A stretch of 64,000 nt of DNA. Origin: Nitrospirota bacterium (lineage in GTDB: Bacteria; Nitrospirota; Thermodesulfovibrionia; Thermodesulfovibrionales; JdFR-86). Positions within the stretch are counted from its first letter, which is position 1. Every line of letters begins with the position of its first letter. Under the pieces are notes generated by a model that worked only from the letters and a program-made list of their open reading frames with translations, did not search any database and had not been told where the DNA came from. The position numbers were made by a program, and so were the translations under genes. The stretch is taken from contig CAVRJY010000002.1 in the NCBI GenBank assembly GCA_963721805.1, positions 384,001-448,000 of the forward strand, written 5' to 3'. Shown here one piece after another: positions 59,506 to 64,000 of this stretch.

Positions 59506-60591
59506 TTACTGGCTGCCGTAAGCGTGCAGGCCGCTCAGGAGCAGGTTCACGCCGAGGTACGTGAAGATCACGGCCGTGAACCCGAGCACCGCCACTACCG
59601 CGGTCTTCTGTTCCTTCCAGCCGCGCAGCAGCCGCGCGTGCAGGTAAAACGCGTAGGCGAACCAAGTGATCAGCGACCATGTCTCCTTCGGGTCCCAGCT
59701 CCAGTAGACGCCCCAGGCCTGGTCGGCCCAGATCGCACCGAAGATCAGCCCGCCCAGGGTGAAGATAGGAAACCCTATGGCGATGCACTTGTAGGTGATT
59801 TCGTCGAGCACCGATGGGGCGATGTTGAAGCGGGATACGACCTTCCTGAGCGAGCCGCCGAAGCGCCAGACAACGAAGATGAAGGCCGCCAGCGCGGCGA
59901 AGCTCACCGCCTGTATGGCGGGCGAGGGGTTAAAGAGCGACGCCTTGAATATGCGGCTCTGGCCCATCACGCCCGCGGCCTTGCCGGCGGACTGCACGGT
60001 GAGGAAATCGAGCCCCATCAGCAGGAAGACTCCCACGAACAGCCCCAGCGCCATGGTCCAGAAGATATAGGCCCCTGAGGTGCGCTTCTCGGTCGTCATG
60101 ATCAGGTACATCATCGCGGTGCTGAAGGCTATCGCGAAGGTCGAGTACGAAAGGAAGCTCATCATCACGTGCACCAGCAGCCAGTTGCTCTGGAGCGCAG
60201 GGACGAGGGGCTGTATCTCGGTCGACATGCCCGAGAGGTCGATGAACGCCAGGGCGAGCCCGGCCACCGGGGTGACGAACGCGCCGAACGAACGGTTTTT
60301 GTACTTGAACTCCACGATCAGGTAGCCCAGGATCAGGCACCAGACGAAGAATACCAGCGACTCGTAGAGGTTCGTAAGCGGCACCGCGCGCAGTATGCCC
60401 ATCTTTCCAATGGCGTAGAACTCCGACCACCGCAGGCCGAGCGCTATCGTCTGGCACGCAAACCCGATCATCGTCAGGCCGGTTGCGGTGACGCCTATGC
60501 CGTTTTTCCTGAATGCGAGGTACGAGATATACGCGACCATCGCGGCTATATATGCGAGGGTGGATATGCCGAAGAATACCGAACTGTCCAT
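59506..60591 (-). CDS. ccsA: Cytochrome c biogenesis system II WWD-domain protein CcsA/ResC
   Basis: PLTNLYES, PALQSNWLLVH, WADQAWGVYWSWDPKETW, GLHAY; ATG 60591 chosen as start. Confidence 0.95.
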   Translation of the reverse strand: MDSSVFFGISTLAYIAAMVAYISYLAFRKNGIGVTATGLTMIGFACQTIALGLRWSEFYAIGKMGILRAVPLTNLYESLVFFVWCLILGYLIVEFKYKNRSFGAFVTPVAGLALAFIDLSGMSTEIQPLVPALQSNWLLVHVMMSFLSYSTFAIAFSTAMMYLIMTTEKRTSGAYIFWTMALGLFVGVFLLMGLDFLTVQSAGKAAGVMGQSRIFKASLFNPSPAIQAVSFAALAAFIFVVWRFGGSLRKVVSRFNIAPSVLDEITYKCIAIGFPIFTLGGLIFGAIWADQAWGVYWSWDPKETWSLITWFAYAFYLHARLLRGWKEQKTAVVAVLGFTAVIFTYLGVNLLLSGLHAYGSQ

Positions 60592-62138
60592 CACTTGCCT
60601 CCGTCTTTTATCAGGGCCAGGGCCCTGTCGATTTTCTTTTCGAGGGATTCGCGGTACTTGTGCGCGCTCGCCGCGACCGTTATGGCCACCGAGCCCTTGT
60701 CGGCCCTTACGCGCACCCATATGCGGCGGTGGACCATGAAAAACGCGAAGAACAGCCCGATCCCCATCATCAGGCAGCCCAGGTATACGATCCAGACGCC
60801 GGGGTCCTTGCGCACCTGGAGCCCGGTGTACTGAAGCCCCCATATGTCCTTCAGCTGCACGGTCACGGACGGCGTGATCGCCCAGGTCTGCGGGTAGCGC
60901 TTGGCCAGCCAGTGCGTGCTTTTCTGCGCGCCGTCCTGGACCTCGAGCTTGACGGCCGGGTTGACCATCATCTCCTCGTTATACGTAAACGCATTGCCGC
61001 TTGGGTCGAACGAGAGCGCGGGGCTGTAGTCCGTGATCTTTGCCGTCATGCCCGTGCCCGGGATCTTGAAATCCTCGTCCATGTTGACGGTGAGCTCGGC
61101 CGCCTGGCTGCCGGATGCCCCGGCGTTCAGGATGAACTTTACGTGGTCAGACCTCTGGTTGACTCCGTAGCTGGACTGGTAGAAGGTGATGCCCTTGTAC
61201 GTGAGCGGGTCGTTGACGACGATCTTCTTTGTCACGGCCCTCTGCCCGCCGTCTATGACCGAGAGGGTGCTCTGGTATGCCTTGGGCATGTCGGAATTGC
61301 CGTAGAGTTCGAGGTTGAAGGCGTCGCACCTGAGGCCGAACCCGAAGGGGATCAGGCCGAGGCGCTTCATGCGGGCCTTGAGGTGCTCAGGGTCCACGCC
61401 CAGGGATGCGGCCGCCGTGGCCATGTCGCCCTTGCTCTTGTCGTACGCGACCCAGACGGCCTCGCGCTCCTGCTTTTCCTGTGCGTTAAGCGGCACCCTC
61501 ATGAAGGCGATGTAAGCGGTCTCGCCCTCGCCGACATTGGCTGACCCCTTAAACCCGAAGAATATCCCCGCCATCGCGCCGGCCAGGATGATCAATATGC
61601 TCATGTGGGTGATATACACGCCGAGGCGGCTGACAGGGGATGTCTGAGCGTATAGCTGGCCGTCGGCCTCGCGCACGTCCCTGAAACCGATAGAGCGGAG
61701 CCCGGCGCGGAGCAGCTCCTTCACCTCGTCGGGCTTGCCCTTGACCGTGACCTCGCGCTTGATCGGGAAGACCTTGAACTGCTCGTCCAGCAGGGGCTTA
61801 AGCGGCTCTCTCGCCACCTTCCATATCGCCGGAAAACGGTCCAGAGAGCAGACCAGGAGGTTCAGCGCAAAGGCCATCAAAAACAAGATGAACCACCACG
61901 AATGGTACATGTCCATGAACCCGAGCGAGTCCAGCACGCTGTATGCCGCGGGCGCGAGGGAGTCGCCGACGATGTCGGAGAGGATCTTGACGTTCCTGGC
62001 CGGCTCCGCGCCCTGTTCGATCACAGTTCCGACCATTGAGGTGCCCGCGATGAGCGCGAATACGACGATCGCGAACTTGATCGACGAAAGCGCGTCCCAG
62101 ACCCTGTCGATTGCGTTTTTCTTTTTCTTATCTTCCAT
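60591..62138 (-). CDS. resB: Cytochrome c biogenesis system II protein CcsB/ResB
   Basis: GTVIEQ, YHSWWF, NLLVCS, THMS, VNDPL, FYQSSY, KDPG. Confidence 0.93.
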   Translation of the reverse strand: MEDKKKKNAIDRVWDALSSIKFAIVVFALIAGTSMVGTVIEQGAEPARNVKILSDIVGDSLAPAAYSVLDSLGFMDMYHSWWFILFLMAFALNLLVCSLDRFPAIWKVAREPLKPLLDEQFKVFPIKREVTVKGKPDEVKELLRAGLRSIGFRDVREADGQLYAQTSPVSRLGVYITHMSILIILAGAMAGIFFGFKGSANVGEGETAYIAFMRVPLNAQEKQEREAVWVAYDKSKGDMATAAASLGVDPEHLKARMKRLGLIPFGFGLRCDAFNLELYGNSDMPKAYQSTLSVIDGGQRAVTKKIVVNDPLTYKGITFYQSSYGVNQRSDHVKFILNAGASGSQAAELTVNMDEDFKIPGTGMTAKITDYSPALSFDPSGNAFTYNEEMMVNPAVKLEVQDGAQKSTHWLAKRYPQTWAITPSVTVQLKDIWGLQYTGLQVRKDPGVWIVYLGCLMMGIGLFFAFFMVHRRIWVRVRADKGSVAITVAASAHKYRESLEKKIDRALALIKDGGK

Positions 62139-62273
62139 TCGGTCTCCTAATAAGATAATGCAAGCCTATAATTATACCATATAGACTTTGAACGAAACGT
62201 GAACCGCTGCGGCGCGGAACCGGTTGATTATCCACGGATTTGCAAAACAGGATAAAAATGGTACACTTTAGAC

Positions 62274-62795
62274 ATGGAAACCCTACGGTACGTAAACGAG
62301 TTCTTCTACTTTGTAGTGCGCTCAGAGGGGGGCACCCTGGACGTATGCTCCGGGGTCAACATGGACAGGTTCTATCCGGTCGTAAAGGGCCGCTACGGGA
62401 TTGGCGGCAATCCGGTCACGAGCGGGCTTAACCTGATAAACCGCGAGTTCTGCGCGCTCGCTCGGGACCGCGGCGCTGTCGGCACGTTAGCAAGCGGCGT
62501 GAAGCTGGTCTATCCGCTTCAGGAGGGCGACGACGGCACGCTGCAAAGCGGGGCGGATTGCCTGGGCATCGCCCCTACGAGGGGGCACTGGTATATGGAG
62601 CGCATCCGGATTGCGGGCGCCTCAGGGATCACTGCCGCCGAGCTCGTCGAGCGTGGCGCGATGGGCCTGATAAGGAAGGTCGTCTCATGCACTAACCTGC
62701 CGTATCCCCTGCCGGTGGCCCTGCCCGCGCCGGATGAGGCACAGGCATATCTCGGGGGGCTGTGCGAGGCGATCACGTCACTTGCCGGAGTCTAA
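62274..62795 (+). CDS. Hypothetical protein
   Basis: 173-aa ORF with host-like codon usage; upstream TTGCAA...TACACT promoter-like motif. Confidence 0.6.
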   Translation: METLRYVNEFFYFVVRSEGGTLDVCSGVNMDRFYPVVKGRYGIGGNPVTSGLNLINREFCALARDRGAVGTLASGVKLVYPLQEGDDGTLQSGADCLGIAPTRGHWYMERIRIAGASGITAAELVERGAMGLIRKVVSCTNLPYPLPVALPAPDEAQAYLGGLCEAITSLAGV

Positions 62796-64000
62796 CCTCT
62801 TTTTGGCTTCCAGGACGTATTCGCGCTCGCTGTCCTTGCCGTCGCATGCATCGATATATGACTTCCATGCCCCTTTCGCTCCGGATGAGTCTTTGGCCTC
62901 GTCGAGCACATCAGCCAGGTTATAGCGGGCCTCGCAGAAGCCGGGGTTCAAGCGCACCGCATCGCGGTATGCGCCGGCCGCACGCAGGTAGTCCTTCTTC
63001 ACGCGGTACAGCGAGCCCATAGAGTTGTGGACGAAGGGGTTGGAGGGCTCGAGCGCGACGGCCTTGCGGAGTTCGTCCTCGGCCTGCGGCAGAGAGTTGC
63101 TGTTCCTCCCCAGCTCCGCCTCTTTTATAAGGACTATTGCCAGGTCCAGGTGGCGCGAGGCCTCATTCGGTCCATGTGCGAGCGCCTTTTCGTACTTCTG
63201 TTTCGCCTGCTGAAACTCGCCGATCTCTTCGAGGGCCCCCCCGGTCATTCTCATTATGTCCGCCTGAGACGCTTGCGGGCCGCCGGGCTGAATGCCCTGC
63301 GCCACGGGCCCGGCCGCCGCTGCGGACGAAAGCGCCTTTGACGAGACGCGCGCGAACAGGTCCTCGGCCTCTTTGACCCGCCCGGCCTTAAGGAGTATCT
63401 GTCCCAGGTACGTAGCGGCCATGTCGTTGCCCGGGTTGATCCTGATTTCATTGGCGAAGAAAGAATAATCATCGCGCCACCGGGGCGCATCGCTGACCGT
63501 CTCGACGCCATAGCACAGGAGCAATATCGCCATCGCGGCCGCTGGTAGCGCCTTGACGCCAGCCCTGCTGCCGATCCGCTCGGCCGCCAGTGCCGCGAGG
63601 ATGCCGAAGCCGAGCACCGGGAGGTACAGATAGCGGGGCGAGAACAGTTGGGAGTTCATCGGTACGATATTCAGGACTGGCACGAGCGGTATGAACACCA
63701 GGGTGAGCGCGAAGAGCACCCGCCTGCTCCGCCTTGCCGCGAATACCGCGGCGGCCAGGCAGGCCATGACCGCGACGCCCAGGGCGCTGATGACCCCGCT
63801 GCGGAACGATTCATCATAGAAAAAATGGACGTCATACGGGAATACCAGGTTCTGCGCAGAAAGGTAAAAAAAGCTCGGGATCCGCACGATCCGCCCCAGA
63901 AACCCGGAGACGCCGTAGTTTTTGACGGTGAGCCCCAGGGCCTCGTACCTCAGGCCCGCATAAACCGCGATCACGAACAGATACGGAACTACCCTGCCCA
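62778..64000 (-). CDS. Membrane protein with TPR repeats, TMTC-like glycosyltransferase architecture; 5' end outside the window
   Basis: TM segments, PRYLYLP motif, W..D, C-terminal TPRs. Confidence 0.8.
   Translation of the reverse strand, partial: GRVVPYLFVIAVYAGLRYEALGLTVKNYGVSGFLGRIVRIPSFFYLSAQNLVFPYDVHFFYDESFRSGVISALGVAVMACLAAAVFAARRSRRVLFALTLVFIPLVPVLNIVPMNSQLFSPRYLYLPVLGFGILAALAAERIGSRAGVKALPAAAMAILLLCYGVETVSDAPRWRDDYSFFANEIRINPGNDMAATYLGQILLKAGRVKEAEDLFARVSSKALSSAAAAGPVAQGIQPGGPQASQADIMRMTGGALEEIGEFQQAKQKYEKALAHGPNEASRHLDLAIVLIKEAELGRNSNSLPQAEDELRKAVALEPSNPFVHNSMGSLYRVKKDYLRAAGAYRDAVRLNPGFCEARYNLADVLDEAKDSSGAKGAWKSYIDACDGKDSEREYVLEAKKRLDSGK

Noticed and set aside
62228..62236. DnaA box / oriC
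   Set aside because: A single 1-mismatch box (TTATCCACG) with no cluster
1..64000. tRNA or rRNA genes
   Set aside because: No cloverleaf or rRNA signature recognised by eye in the intergenic regions; tRNAscan or Infernal would be needed to exclude them formally

Overview
GC-rich bacterial chromosomal window. The gene content suggests an anaerobic Gram-negative, plausibly Nitrospirota/Thermodesulfovibrionia-like or deltaproteobacterial; this is inference only. Most of the window is housekeeping: gnnA/gnnB-like-lpxB, rplU-rpmA-obgE-proB, ilvE, bioF, degP, yacL-ispD-ispF, nuoABCDHIJKLM (no EFG, no N), pgpA-cinA-thpR-recA-pilT-recX-alaS, miaA and ccsBA. It also has a large secreted M6 metalloprotease, two sigma-54 two-component modules, an IS30 and an IS481. 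The most striking non-coding feature is a ~120-125 bp rod-like palindromic repeat in four copies. Each copy lies just downstream of a stop codon, in the same orientation relative to that gene, and is followed by a 27-38 nt variable segment and a conserved GGTCAA(CGGC) motif. One copy is split by the IS30. Two copies in inverted arrangement bracket an ORF-less island with GTTCGGAT direct repeats and a 14-bp-period GGAACCGGTTCC palindrome array, which the IS481 hit. One copy precedes an AT-rich orphan gene. Other points: a Fis-like HTH insert in CcsB, a heme-c sensor kinase downstream of ccsBA, and frameshifts in five genes that look like assembly artefacts.
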